56,177 nucleotides of DNA from the NCBI GenBank assembly GCA_964496705.1, contig CAZCBJ010000002.1, forward strand, positions 1,488 through 57,664, in the 5' to 3' direction. Made by a program: the position numbers and the translations under genes. This document shows, in pieces, positions 1 through 8,788 of the stretch. Source of the stretch: an uncultured Anaerolineaceae bacterium (GTDB lineage: Bacteria; Chloroflexota; Anaerolineae; Anaerolineales; Anaerolineaceae). Within the stretch, counting starts at the first letter, position 1. Each line of letters starts with the position of its first letter. Below the pieces are notes generated by a model. It did not search any database, was not told the origin of the DNA, and was given only the letters and a program-made list of their open reading frames with translations.

Positions 1-305
1 ATCCCGTCCGGGTGTTGGGTGATAAAAGCTTCCGCATATTCATCGAATTTCTTGGCGCGCAGGGCGATATGCACAATCAGGTCTGGGCGGACCCTCCCCT
101 GGCTGAGCGCGCGCAGCATTGGGCTTTCCGAGGTGGCCAGCAGCGGATTCAACCTGCGCGTAACTTGCACGGCTTTTTCATCCTGCAGGATGGGGTCTTG
201 TGATTGAGATTCCAGCGCGTGGCAATAAAAGGTGAGGAGGCAGGTTTCGGCTATGTGCGACAGGCGCGGCGACAGCGTGAGTAAATTTTCTTTCAGGTCT
301 GACAT
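1..305 (-). CDS. SAM-dependent O-methyltransferase, LCM/TcmP-like (COG3315-type); N-terminal part only, gene runs off the left edge
   Basis: Absent from the ORF track because it has no stop in the window. Hand translation from the reverse-strand ATG at 305..303 gives MSDLKENLLTLSPRLSHIAETCLLTFYCHALESQSQDPILQDEKAVQVTRRLNPLL...RAKKFDEYAEAFITQHPDG, open to position 1. The xETxLxxxxxRAxES...DP pattern resembles the N-terminus of this methyltransferase family. Confidence 0.5.
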   Translation of the reverse strand, partial: MSDLKENLLTLSPRLSHIAETCLLTFYCHALESQSQDPILQDEKAVQVTRRLNPLLATSESPMLRALSQGRVRPDLIVHIALRAKKFDEYAEAFITQHPDG

Positions 306-322
306 TGTTTATTCCCTTTCTG

Positions 323-344
323 TTACTGACCACATGGTCAGTAA
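323..344. promoter_or_regulatory. Perfect inverted repeat TTACTGACCA-ca-TGGTCAGTAA; candidate operator
   Basis: 10-bp arms at 323-332 and 335-344 with a 2-nt spacer, read directly. It lies 18 bp upstream of the methyltransferase ATG (305) in the gap before the BNR gene. Confidence 0.4.
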
Positions 345-457
345 TCAGTATACGCCGTTAGCAGACTTTGTCAAGCCCCTTTTTTGAGTGGAGGATGGCA
401 GATTTCCCCGAAACAGTCCTCCACTGTCTGCTGCTGCGAACATCCAAAAAGCCAATT

Positions 458-1561
458 CTAAACCTGCCAACGCGTCGCGGCGATAAAACGCTCCTCTTCC
501 GGCCGGGTGTGGAAGTAGTAAGCGCTGACCAGCATCCCATCCGGCATGACGACGCTGCGTGGATAACCCAGGTCCGTCCCACCCCCGTCAGCGCGAAGCA
601 TGATCTCATCTCCCCATGTCTTGCCCTGGTCTGCGCTCAGTCGGGCGCGGATGCCGAAGGGCGGTTTACGCACCCCGTAGATCAGCGCCAGGCGTCCATC
701 CGCAAGACAAGCCAGGCTGGGCGGGTTGCCGCCGGTTCCCGTGTCTGGGACAGGGCGGGCAAGGTAATGAAAGCTGTGTCCATCGTCCTCGGACCGGTAC
801 AGGTCAATCCAACCCGGCTGGCTGAACCCGCCGCGCGCCCAGCCGCGGACTGCGCTCAGGATGCTGCCGTCCGGCAGGCGCTGACTGGAGGGCATGATAT
901 GGTGTTGGGTTTCCGAGCGGCAGACCCACGCTTCCAGCGCAAAATTGAGCCCGCCGTCGCGGGTGCGGGCGCAGATCACCCCGCCGCCTTCTTCGCCGTC
1001 CTGTCGCGAAACGGTCAGAAACAGGGTCAGGTCTTGCGGCCCGTTAACCAGGTAATCGGTGCGCGCCTCAATCCCGGGCAGCCCGAAATCAGGCAGGCAG
1101 TAGGGGCCCTGCCAGGTGAGGGCGCGGTCATGGGTGATATAAAACCAGGATTGCGTGCCGGTTCCCAGCCCGGTGCGCGCGCAAAGCAGCCCAAACCCTT
1201 CACTAATAAAACTTAACTGACCGGGGCAGACGGCAGGCAGCGGCGGCTTGCCCAGCTCAATGGCGCGGCTTATCGAGAGTGAATGGACGACATGCTCGTC
1301 CGCTGAAAACGCCCTGCCTCCGGGTGAGGGGAAAAAGGCATCTTCCACCTGCCAGTGAACGCCGCCGTCGAAGCTGCGAGCCTGCAACACCTGAAAAGTT
1401 TTGCGCGAGTTACAGGCGTGAAAACCTGGCCTGAGTTGGAATTCGGCGGTGACGAACACCAACACAATTTCACTGCCCCAGGCCCACAATCCGTAATTCG
1501 CCGGCCACCCGGCGAAACGCCCCGCCTGTTGGTAAACCAGGCAGTGTTCCACCCGGTTCAT
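458..1561 (-). CDS. BNR/Asp-box repeat protein, exo-alpha-sialidase-like beta-propeller
   Basis: 367-aa ORF with several Asp-box-like motifs (SFDGGVHW, TRDGGLNF, SEDDGHSF, SADQGKTW). Its start overlaps the stop of the upstream GH43 gene in an ATGA arrangement at 1558-1561. Confidence 0.75.
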   Translation of the reverse strand: MNRVEHCLVYQQAGRFAGWPANYGLWAWGSEIVLVFVTAEFQLRPGFHACNSRKTFQVLQARSFDGGVHWQVEDAFFPSPGGRAFSADEHVVHSLSISRAIELGKPPLPAVCPGQLSFISEGFGLLCARTGLGTGTQSWFYITHDRALTWQGPYCLPDFGLPGIEARTDYLVNGPQDLTLFLTVSRQDGEEGGGVICARTRDGGLNFALEAWVCRSETQHHIMPSSQRLPDGSILSAVRGWARGGFSQPGWIDLYRSEDDGHSFHYLARPVPDTGTGGNPPSLACLADGRLALIYGVRKPPFGIRARLSADQGKTWGDEIMLRADGGGTDLGYPRSVVMPDGMLVSAYYFHTRPEEERFIAATRWQV

Positions 1562-3069
1562 CTTCTGCGATATTCGAACCAGTCAAAATCAGCCGGGGCG
1601 TGGTTGGGCTGACCGTTGCCGCTGGCAAACAAACCAATATACACGCCCGTCCAGGCGTTGCCGGGGTCGGCAATTTCAGAGCAGATCAGGCGGCATAATC
1701 CGCTGGCCAGGGTGGCCTGTTCGCTCTGGGTCTGATAACGGAACGTGTAGGTTTGTCCGTCCGAGCTAATCTCCAGCCGCAGTGGATTGTCATCCACTGG
1801 AGCGGAGTAAATTTCCTCAAACATGTCGCCCACCTGTTTCATCACTGCCACGCAGCGCCGCCCGTTGTGCATCGTGATAACCAGGTCATAATGGAACTGA
1901 TTATTCATCAGTACGGTCATACCGGCTTGCTCGTTGGGCGACTGCGGCACAAAATCCACCAGGGAGGAGGCAGAAAAATCGAACGCGTCCTGGCGGCGCC
2001 CGAGGAAGGCGGGTGAAGCCGTGTCGTACAGGGCAACCGGCGATCCGTACAGCCTCAGCCAGCCCGGCCGCTGGCTCAACGACCAATCCGTCTCATGCGG
2101 GTTGCGCAGGAAATTCCACTCAAAGTCCAGGCTGGGGGAGTCAAAATCGTCGTGAAATGGTCGGACGGATGACTGGGCTGGCAGCAGGCTGCTCTCGAAG
2201 CTCTCCGGCATGCGCCCATTGCCGTTGACCAGCGGCCAGCCGTCGGCTGTCCAGGTCAGCGGAGCGAGGAATGTTTCCCGCCCCAGGATGGTGGCGTTGT
2301 TGTACTGGCGGTGGCGGGTGCCCAGGCAGAATATCCACCAGTTGCCCAGGTGATCCTCCACCAGTTCGGCATGACCCAGGTCGCGGATGGGACCGTGAGC
2401 CTGGTCGCGGTGGGTGAGGATCGGGTTGTGCGGGCAGGGGTCAAACGGTCCCCAGGGATTGTCGGCGCGGCCGATCACCTCGCAATGCCCGAAGCGGCTG
2501 CCGCCTTCAGCCGCCATGAGGTAATACCGTCCGTCAATTTTATACAGGTGAGGACCTTCGATGTCGCTGCAGATAAATCCGCTGGTCAGCAGGCGCGGCG
2601 CATGCTTGAGCTGCCCACTGCGCATGTCAATCTCCGCCTGGACGATGCCCACTGTTCCGCGCCGGGTGTAATAGACTTTGCCGTCATCGTCGAAGAACAG
2701 CGAGGGATCGAAAACGTCGGCATCCACCCAGACAGGTTCCGACCACGCTTCGGCCGGGTCGCTGGCGGTGACATAAAAATTGCCCTTCCCGCCCACGTTG
2801 GTGGTGATCATGTAGAACCTGTCCTGGTGGAAGCGGATGGTTGGGGCAAAAATGCCCAGAGAAGCCGGGCGACCCTCCAGGTCCAGTTGGCTGGTGCGGG
2901 TGAGGCAATGGCCGATTTGGCGCCAATTGACCAGGTCGCGGCTGTGATATATGGGCACGCCGGGAAAGTATTCGAAGCTGGAGGTCACCAGGTAATAGTC
3001 CTCTCCCACGCGGCAAAGGCTGGGGTCGGGGTGAAAGCCAGGCAGGATGGGATTGTGGATGAGTGACAT
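1558..3069 (-). CDS. Glycoside hydrolase family 43 (beta-xylosidase / alpha-L-arabinofuranosidase type) with C-terminal beta-sandwich domain
   Basis: MSLIHNPILPGFHPDPSLCRVGEDYYLVTSSFEYFPGVPIYHSRDLVNW is a canonical GH43 N-terminus. The ATG at 3069 is preferred over the track start at 3099 because homologs begin at this motif. Confidence 0.9.
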   Translation of the reverse strand: MSLIHNPILPGFHPDPSLCRVGEDYYLVTSSFEYFPGVPIYHSRDLVNWRQIGHCLTRTSQLDLEGRPASLGIFAPTIRFHQDRFYMITTNVGGKGNFYVTASDPAEAWSEPVWVDADVFDPSLFFDDDGKVYYTRRGTVGIVQAEIDMRSGQLKHAPRLLTSGFICSDIEGPHLYKIDGRYYLMAAEGGSRFGHCEVIGRADNPWGPFDPCPHNPILTHRDQAHGPIRDLGHAELVEDHLGNWWIFCLGTRHRQYNNATILGRETFLAPLTWTADGWPLVNGNGRMPESFESSLLPAQSSVRPFHDDFDSPSLDFEWNFLRNPHETDWSLSQRPGWLRLYGSPVALYDTASPAFLGRRQDAFDFSASSLVDFVPQSPNEQAGMTVLMNNQFHYDLVITMHNGRRCVAVMKQVGDMFEEIYSAPVDDNPLRLEISSDGQTYTFRYQTQSEQATLASGLCRLICSEIADPGNAWTGVYIGLFASGNGQPNHAPADFDWFEYRRR

Positions 3070-3300
3070 ATGCGCTCCATACGGGATATGCAACCGCACA
3101 AGGCAGGTGGCTGATCCTGATCATGCTGATGAACTGCTTCGGTTATACGGGGATTTCCGCATACTATATCATGAATGAGAAAAAAGCGGGGTAAAATTAG
3201 GTCGCCGTTCGTTTTGGATTGCATTTCACCGGTTCAATAACCTTAAACCGCTTAAAACGGTACGAATACCCAACGTGAAAATCACAAACCACGTTCTTCG

Positions 3301-3711
3301 ATGAAAATCATTGTTGATTCTTCCCTTTGCCGCGATTGCCAGGCCTGTATGCTGGCTTGCTCCTTGTTTCATGAGGGGGTGAGCAATCCCACCCTTTCAC
3401 GCGTAGGGGTTGTCAAAAACATGGAGCAGTATTCTTTTCGCATCGATGTTTGCCAGATGTGCACCCAACCGGACTGCCTGGCAGCCTGTCCTTCCGGGGC
3501 GTTGGTGATGGATGAGCGCGGGGTGGTGCAATTCGTCTACGATGATTGCCTGATCTGCGGACTTTGCGCGGATTCCTGTCCTCATAACGCCATTTTCTTC
3601 GATCCCCTGACTGACCGTTATATGAAGTGTGACCTGTGCGCAGGACGGGTGCAGGGACCTTTGTGCGTTGAACTGTGCCCGGTGGGCGCCTTGACGCTGG
3701 AGGAGGTTTGA
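3301..3711 (+). CDS. 4Fe-4S dicluster ferredoxin-domain protein (AOR-associated type)
   Basis: Four Cys clusters: CRDCQACMLAC, CQMCTQPDCLAACP, CLICGLCADSCP, CDLCAGRVQGPLCVELCP. 136 aa. Confidence 0.85.
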   Translation: MKIIVDSSLCRDCQACMLACSLFHEGVSNPTLSRVGVVKNMEQYSFRIDVCQMCTQPDCLAACPSGALVMDERGVVQFVYDDCLICGLCADSCPHNAIFFDPLTDRYMKCDLCAGRVQGPLCVELCPVGALTLEEV

Positions 3712-3712
3712 C

Positions 3713-4066
3713 GTGCCCTGCGGATGGATGGGAAAGATTCTGGAGGTTGACCTTTCGATGGGGAAGGTCGGCACCCGCGACAGCCTGCCCTACATCGAAA
3801 AGACGCTGGGCGAACGGGTGCTGGCATCGCAGATTGCCTGGGATGAATTGCCGCAGGGCATCGACGCCTTTGATTCGCGCAACCTGATCATCATCGCCAC
3901 CGGTCCGCTGACCGGCAAGCTGGTGGACACGATGGGTTTCTTGCGCCTGATGGACGATTACTGCGCTGCTCGCAACTGGGACCTGTGCACCGGTTGGCCG
4001 ACCACCCAGGCTATGATTTATCTCGATATGCAGGAAAATCTGCCTGCATTGGAGCGATTATCCTGA
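3713..4066 (+). pseudogene. Aldehyde:ferredoxin oxidoreductase (tungsten AOR family) relic with in-frame loss of the central ~500 aa
   Basis: The N-terminal ~70 aa (GWMGKILEVDLSMGKV...NLIIIATGPLTGK) match the AOR N-terminal domain. The last ~40 aa (LRLMDDYCAARNWDLCTGWPTTQAMIYLDM) match the AOR C-terminal tail (YYxxRGWxxxGxP). Only 117 aa remain against ~600 expected. GGAGGAGG lies 6-7 nt upstream of the GTG at 3713. Confidence 0.6.
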
Positions 4067-4082
4067 CACACCTGGAGGAAGT

Positions 4083-4934
4083 ATGATCACGATTGCCTTA
4101 TTTGGTGCAGCAGGGAAAATGGGCGGACGCATCTCGCACCGACTGCGCGAAGCGCAGCAATATCGCACGCTGTATGTTGAATCCGGCGAGGCTGGCATCC
4201 AACGCCTGCGCGAACGCGGCGACATGCCGGCTGATCCGAGGGAGGCGGCGTGCAGTGCGGATGTGGTGATATTGTCTGTCCCGGACAAACTGCTGGGCAA
4301 GTTATCCCATGAGGTGGTGCCGTTGCTCAAACCCGGGGCGATGGTCATCTGCCTGGATCCGGCTGCGCCGTTTGGCGGTGAGCTGGCTGAGCGGGCTGAC
4401 ATCACCTATTACATCACGCATCCCTGCCATCCGCCGGTGGTCAACGATGAAACCGACCCCGAAGCGCGCATGGATTTCTTTGGCGCGATCAAAGCCAAGC
4501 AGCATGTAGTCTGCGCGTTGATGCAAGGTCCCGAGGAGGATTATGCCCGTGGGGAAGAGATTGTGCGGGTGATCTTTGCGCCGGTGATGACTGCCCATCG
4601 AGTGACCGTGGAGCAGATGGCCATCCTGGAACCCGCGCTCTCTGAAACGGTGGTGCTGACCTGCATGGTGATCATGACCGAAGCGATTGAGGAGGCGGTC
4701 AAACGCGGGGTGCCGCCGCAGGCGGCGCGTGATTTTGTGCTGGGACATATGAATGTCAATATTGGCATCCTTTTCGGCTACATCGATGCGCAATTGTCGG
4801 ACGGCGCGAAGATGGCCGTCTCACGCGCCCGAACGCGGCTGTTTCAGCCGGATTGGAAGGCGGTCTTTGATCCGGAGCATGTGATGGCTGAGGTGAAGGC
4901 TATCACCCAGGCGATAAACGTAAATAGAGGCTAA
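4083..4934 (+). CDS. NAD(P)-binding dehydrogenase (Rossmann N-terminus, helical 6PGDH/prephenate-DH-like C-terminal domain)
   Basis: MITIALFGAAGKMGGRI is a GxxGxxG dinucleotide fold. A GGAGGA RBS sits before the ATG. The specific substrate is not recognisable. Confidence 0.6.
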   Translation: MITIALFGAAGKMGGRISHRLREAQQYRTLYVESGEAGIQRLRERGDMPADPREAACSADVVILSVPDKLLGKLSHEVVPLLKPGAMVICLDPAAPFGGELAERADITYYITHPCHPPVVNDETDPEARMDFFGAIKAKQHVVCALMQGPEEDYARGEEIVRVIFAPVMTAHRVTVEQMAILEPALSETVVLTCMVIMTEAIEEAVKRGVPPQAARDFVLGHMNVNIGILFGYIDAQLSDGAKMAVSRARTRLFQPDWKAVFDPEHVMAEVKAITQAINVNRG

Positions 4935-4937
4935 GCC

Positions 4938-5327
4938 ATGTTCAAAAAGTTGACCTTTCCCCTACGTGTGCTGGGAGGCGGTTTCCTGGTCTTCAGCGGT
5001 GTCCTGATCTGCGCGGCCGGATTGCAGAGCGCGGAATTGGAAACCACCTTAGGACCGCGCTGGGAAATTGTATTAATTGGAATTGAATTTTTACTGGCAG
5101 GCGCGTACACCCTGTGGATGAAGGGGTGGCCGCGCCTGCCCGGGCTGATCCTGGCGGTGGCATTCTGGGTGGGTCTGGCGGTGTTGATTAACTGGAGCGC
5201 GTTTGGGCCTGGCGAGCACGTACTCACCCGCAATAATCCGTCTGCCGGATCGTTTGGCACACTGGCATTGGTTTGGGATATACTTATTGTATGGTTTCTT
5301 TTTAAGACCATTCGAGGCTATTTCTGA
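4938..5327 (+). CDS. Small integral membrane protein (about 4 TM), unknown function
   Basis: 129-aa ORF with four hydrophobic stretches. It starts 4 nt after the previous stop. Confidence 0.5.
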   Translation: MFKKLTFPLRVLGGGFLVFSGVLICAAGLQSAELETTLGPRWEIVLIGIEFLLAGAYTLWMKGWPRLPGLILAVAFWVGLAVLINWSAFGPGEHVLTRNNPSAGSFGTLALVWDILIVWFLFKTIRGYF

Positions 5328-5344
5328 CGTTTCCAATTGAATAG

Positions 5345-6373
5345 GTGGTGCGTATGGCACAGACTGATGATCTTTTCGCGCAGGCCTTAAAGGCTTACGA
5401 GCAGGGGGATTATCAGCTTGTAAAATCAGCCCTTCACCGGCTGTTGTCTATCAATGTTCGCCATAAAGAAGCCTGGCGCCTGCTTTACCGCTGCAGCGGG
5501 GAAAGCGGGGATTTCCAATCTTTCGTCACCGATTATGTGCGCAGGTATTTTCCCCACCTGCTGCCCCGCGGTCCGGCACAGGGCCTGGAGGGCGAAACTT
5601 TGCCTTCACCTGCGGCGCCGGTGGAAAAGTTGCAGACTGAGCCCGCCGCTGCGCCTCCGCCTGAGCCTGCCGCGGCGATTGCGGCAGCGCCTCAAACAGC
5701 ACCCTTTACGTACACCGAATATGATGAGTGGGCAGAGATGCCTGCCACTGCTGCGCAGGCGGCTGCGCTGGTGGAATGGGGAGAACCGCCTGCTTTCCTG
5801 GTTTCCTCATGTTATCCATTCGATGTGAAATTGGTCTCCGGCTCAGCGCAAGAGATGGTGTATGGCTTGTATCATGGCAGCCAGCGCTTTGTGGATGTGC
5901 GCATCCTGCTCAACCGACGGCAGTATTTTATATGCTTCCAGGAAAAGCCGGTTTACAGCCTGGAGGTGACCGAAGCCAGGCAGATCGCATGGTACGGCTC
6001 GGTGGATGCACTGCGTTATCTCAAGCTACCGCGCGAGGTGGAACTGGGTACCAGCTTCTTTGACGGGCAATACACTCACCTGATTCCTCACTCGCAGCTC
6101 AAGATTGAAAAGTTCTTGCTGGCGTTGAGTGGTGAAAAGGAATCCTTCACAATTGTCTCGCAAGATACAGCCAACCTGCCCGTGCAGGCAAGCCTGCTCA
6201 TCCAGCACACGCGCACCTTCCTGGGACGCAACGACCAGTACTGGTTAACCGTGGAGAGGGATACCGGTCTGCGGCGTTATGATGACCCGTTGGAAGAACT
6301 GCTCTTCCTCGAATTGGTTCGCCAGGCTGTGATAAAATACAACACGCTCCCGCCGGACAAACTTTTACCTTAA
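5345..6373 (+). CDS. Hypothetical protein: TPR-like N-terminus, Pro/Ala-rich linker, unknown C-terminal domain
   Basis: 342-aa ORF with codon usage consistent with its neighbours. The linker is PAAPVEKLQTEPAAAPPPEPAAAIAAAP. No family recognised. Confidence 0.6.
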   Translation: MVRMAQTDDLFAQALKAYEQGDYQLVKSALHRLLSINVRHKEAWRLLYRCSGESGDFQSFVTDYVRRYFPHLLPRGPAQGLEGETLPSPAAPVEKLQTEPAAAPPPEPAAAIAAAPQTAPFTYTEYDEWAEMPATAAQAAALVEWGEPPAFLVSSCYPFDVKLVSGSAQEMVYGLYHGSQRFVDVRILLNRRQYFICFQEKPVYSLEVTEARQIAWYGSVDALRYLKLPREVELGTSFFDGQYTHLIPHSQLKIEKFLLALSGEKESFTIVSQDTANLPVQASLLIQHTRTFLGRNDQYWLTVERDTGLRRYDDPLEELLFLELVRQAVIKYNTLPPDKLLP

Positions 6374-6374
6374 C

Positions 6375-6935
6375 ATGGATGTACGTATGAACTATTGGAA
6401 AACGCACCTCATCCGCCTGCGCGCCATCGAACCCGAGGATGCCCGCATTTTCTATGAATGGAACCAGGACAGCGAAATGGCGCGCAACCTGGATTTCGTC
6501 TGGCCGCCGGGTTCATTCGAAGCTCAAAAGCAGTGGGCGGAGAAGGAATCAACCACCCGACGTGAAGATGACAGTCTGTTCCTGGTGATAGAAAATATGG
6601 CCGGACAGGTGGTGGGGATGATCAGCACGCATCATTGCGACCGCCGCTCTGGAACCTTCAGCTACGGGGTGGGAATCCTTTCGGAACACAAGCGCAAGGG
6701 TTATGCGCGCGAAGCCATCCTGCTGGTACTGCGTTATTACTTTGGAGAATTGCGCTATCAAAAGGTAACGGTGGACATCCATGCCAATAACCCAGATTCA
6801 GTCATCCTGCATGAAAAACTGGGCTTCCAGCCGGAAGGGCGACTTCGCCGCATGTTCTTCTCCCAGGGCGAATATCACGATAGCTTTTATTTTGGGTTGA
6901 CCGCCGAGGAATTCACCCAAAAATATCTTGCGTGA
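6375..6935 (+). CDS. GNAT family N-acetyltransferase (RimJ/RimL-like)
   Basis: LRAIEPEDARIFYEWNQD...HKRKGYAREAILLVLRYYF...HANNPDSVILHEKLGFQPEGRLR is a typical Acetyltransf_3 pattern. Confidence 0.85.
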   Translation: MDVRMNYWKTHLIRLRAIEPEDARIFYEWNQDSEMARNLDFVWPPGSFEAQKQWAEKESTTRREDDSLFLVIENMAGQVVGMISTHHCDRRSGTFSYGVGILSEHKRKGYAREAILLVLRYYFGELRYQKVTVDIHANNPDSVILHEKLGFQPEGRLRRMFFSQGEYHDSFYFGLTAEEFTQKYLA

Positions 6936-6952
6936 TTGCACCCGCCCAGCCG

Positions 6953-8788
6953 TTAATCATCCGCAATCCCATTCTTGAACTGCTTGTCATGCAGAGTCTT
7001 ATATAACCCGCCCCTGGCGAGCAACTCGGCGTGGCTGCCCTCTTCGATGATGCGTCCGTCATCGATGACGCAAATGCGGTCGGCGTTCTTGATGGTGCTC
7101 AATCGATGGGCGATGATCACCGCGCTGCGCCCGGTCAGTAAACGCTCAAGGGCTTGCTGGATGAGGGCTTCGCTGACCGTGTCGATGTTGGCTGTGGCTT
7201 CGTCCAGAATCAGGATGCGCGGGTCGGTGAGCACGGCGCGGGCGATGCACACCAACTGGCGCTGACCGAAAGAAAGGTTGGCGGCATTCTCCAGGATGAT
7301 CGTGTCATAGCCTTCTGGCAAGCCGCTGATAAAGTCATGGGCGTTGGCCATGTGGGCGGCTGCCTGCACCTGTTCGTCGCTGGCAGTGGGATCGCCAAAG
7401 CGTATATTTTCGGCGATGGTGCCAGCGAACAGGAACGAATCCTGCGGCACGATGCCCACCTGACGGTGCAGTGAACGTTGGCGCACGCTGCGCACGTTGA
7501 TGTCATCAATCAATACATCGCCTTGAGTGGCCTCGTAAAATCGGCCGATCAGGTTGGCTACGGTGCTTTTGCCAGCGCCGGTGGGGCCGACCAGGGCGAT
7601 ATGCTCGCCGGGCTGGATGAGCAGGTTGACCTCGTGCAGCACCTCAGGCGTATTCTCGCGGTAGCGGAAGGAGACCCGGCGCAGCTCAACCTTGCCGCGG
7701 ATGACCGGCATGTCCACCGCGTCGGGTTGGTCAACCACATCGCTGCGCGTGTCCAATAGTTTGAGCACCTGTTCGCCGCCAGCCATGGCGGACTGCATGG
7801 TGGTGTAAAGCCGGCTCAGTTCCTGGATGGGCTGGAAGAAACGCGAAACGTAGGAGAGGAAGGCTACCAACACACCCACCGTCACGCCGCCGGCAAGCAC
7901 CTCTCGCCCCCCCGTCCACAACACAACCGCGATGGCCAGCATGCTCAGGAATTCAATGGCCGGCAGGAAGATGAACGACAGCGACATGGCGTTGATGTGC
8001 GCGTCACGGTTGGCCTGGTTCACTTTGTTAAAGCGCTCCTGGGTCATATCTTCCTGGGCAAAGGCTTGAATCACACGCACTCCGGCGATATCCTCAGCCA
8101 GATTGCCCACCACCGCAGCCACGCTGGAGCGGGTCTGGCGGAAGGCGTTCTGAGCGCGTTGGGCGAAGAGCACTGTTGCCAGCACCATCAGCGGCAGCAC
8201 CAGCAGCGCGTACAGGGCCAGTTTGGCTGACATGGAAAACATGATGGTGATGATCCCGGCCAGGATAAAAGCATCGCTGATGAAGGTGATCCAGCCCTGC
8301 GAGAGCAGCTCATTGATCACCGCCACATCGTTGATCACCCGCGAGACGGTCACGCCGACAATGTGGGTGTCGTGATAAGAGAGTGACAGCTTTTCGAGGT
8401 GGCGGAAGAGGTCACTGCGCAGAGTGTTCAGCACGCGCTGACCGACGCGCGGGAGCAGGTATTGCTGCCCGGCTGAGGTGACATACAATCCAACGTAGGA
8501 GGCGCCGGTGATCAGGGCGATGCGCAGCAGCCCGGCGGTGTCGCTGGTGGCAATGTACGAGTCGATGATGATTTTCAACAGGTACGGGATGAGCAGCGTC
8601 AGCCCGGTGGCAGCCAGCATGGCCAGGAAGGCGATCATCAACGGGCGCCAGTGCGGTTTGAGATAGACCAGCAGGCGGGAGACGACCTTCCAGTTGAATG
8701 CCTGCCCTTGATGCTCGCCGTCACCGAACTGGTCCAGCAGCGCGCCCGGCCCCATGTGCGGTCCGCCCACCCCGACACCAAAGCTCAT
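6953..8788 (-). CDS. ABC exporter, fused permease/ATPase (type I exporter half-transporter)
   Basis: Six-TM N-terminal domain, Walker A GPTGAGKST, signature LSFGQRQ, Walker B ILILDEATA. ATGA overlap with the upstream partner at 8785-8788. Confidence 0.9.
   Translation of the reverse strand: MSFGVGVGGPHMGPGALLDQFGDGEHQGQAFNWKVVSRLLVYLKPHWRPLMIAFLAMLAATGLTLLIPYLLKIIIDSYIATSDTAGLLRIALITGASYVGLYVTSAGQQYLLPRVGQRVLNTLRSDLFRHLEKLSLSYHDTHIVGVTVSRVINDVAVINELLSQGWITFISDAFILAGIITIMFSMSAKLALYALLVLPLMVLATVLFAQRAQNAFRQTRSSVAAVVGNLAEDIAGVRVIQAFAQEDMTQERFNKVNQANRDAHINAMSLSFIFLPAIEFLSMLAIAVVLWTGGREVLAGGVTVGVLVAFLSYVSRFFQPIQELSRLYTTMQSAMAGGEQVLKLLDTRSDVVDQPDAVDMPVIRGKVELRRVSFRYRENTPEVLHEVNLLIQPGEHIALVGPTGAGKSTVANLIGRFYEATQGDVLIDDINVRSVRQRSLHRQVGIVPQDSFLFAGTIAENIRFGDPTASDEQVQAAAHMANAHDFISGLPEGYDTIILENAANLSFGQRQLVCIARAVLTDPRILILDEATANIDTVSEALIQQALERLLTGRSAVIIAHRLSTIKNADRICVIDDGRIIEEGSHAELLARGGLYKTLHDKQFKNGIADD

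Noticed and set aside
12-207. Two short plus-strand ORFs (63 and 62 aa) at the left edge
   Set aside because: They lie antisense to a continuous reverse-strand frame that has a good start, an RBS-like AAGGGA and methyltransferase-like sequence. They are shadow ORFs in GC-rich DNA.
368-1216. 282-aa plus-strand ORF
   Set aside because: It is entirely antisense to the BNR/Asp-box gene, which has clear family motifs. Its Arg/Ala/Gly/Pro-rich low-complexity translation is typical of GC-rich shadow frames. The same reasoning rejects 2311-3066, 9460-10242, 10643-11305, 11745-12404, 12152-12742, 12895-13386, 14471-14974, 19258-19932, 23198-23839, 24657-25370, 27192-27926, 28625-29566, 30482-31321, 35611-36501, 37627-38283, 41253-41861, 42985-43755, 44729-45715, 46375-47151, 47507-48310, 47640-48680, 49698-50918, 52019-52900, 53089-54045 and 53607-54365.
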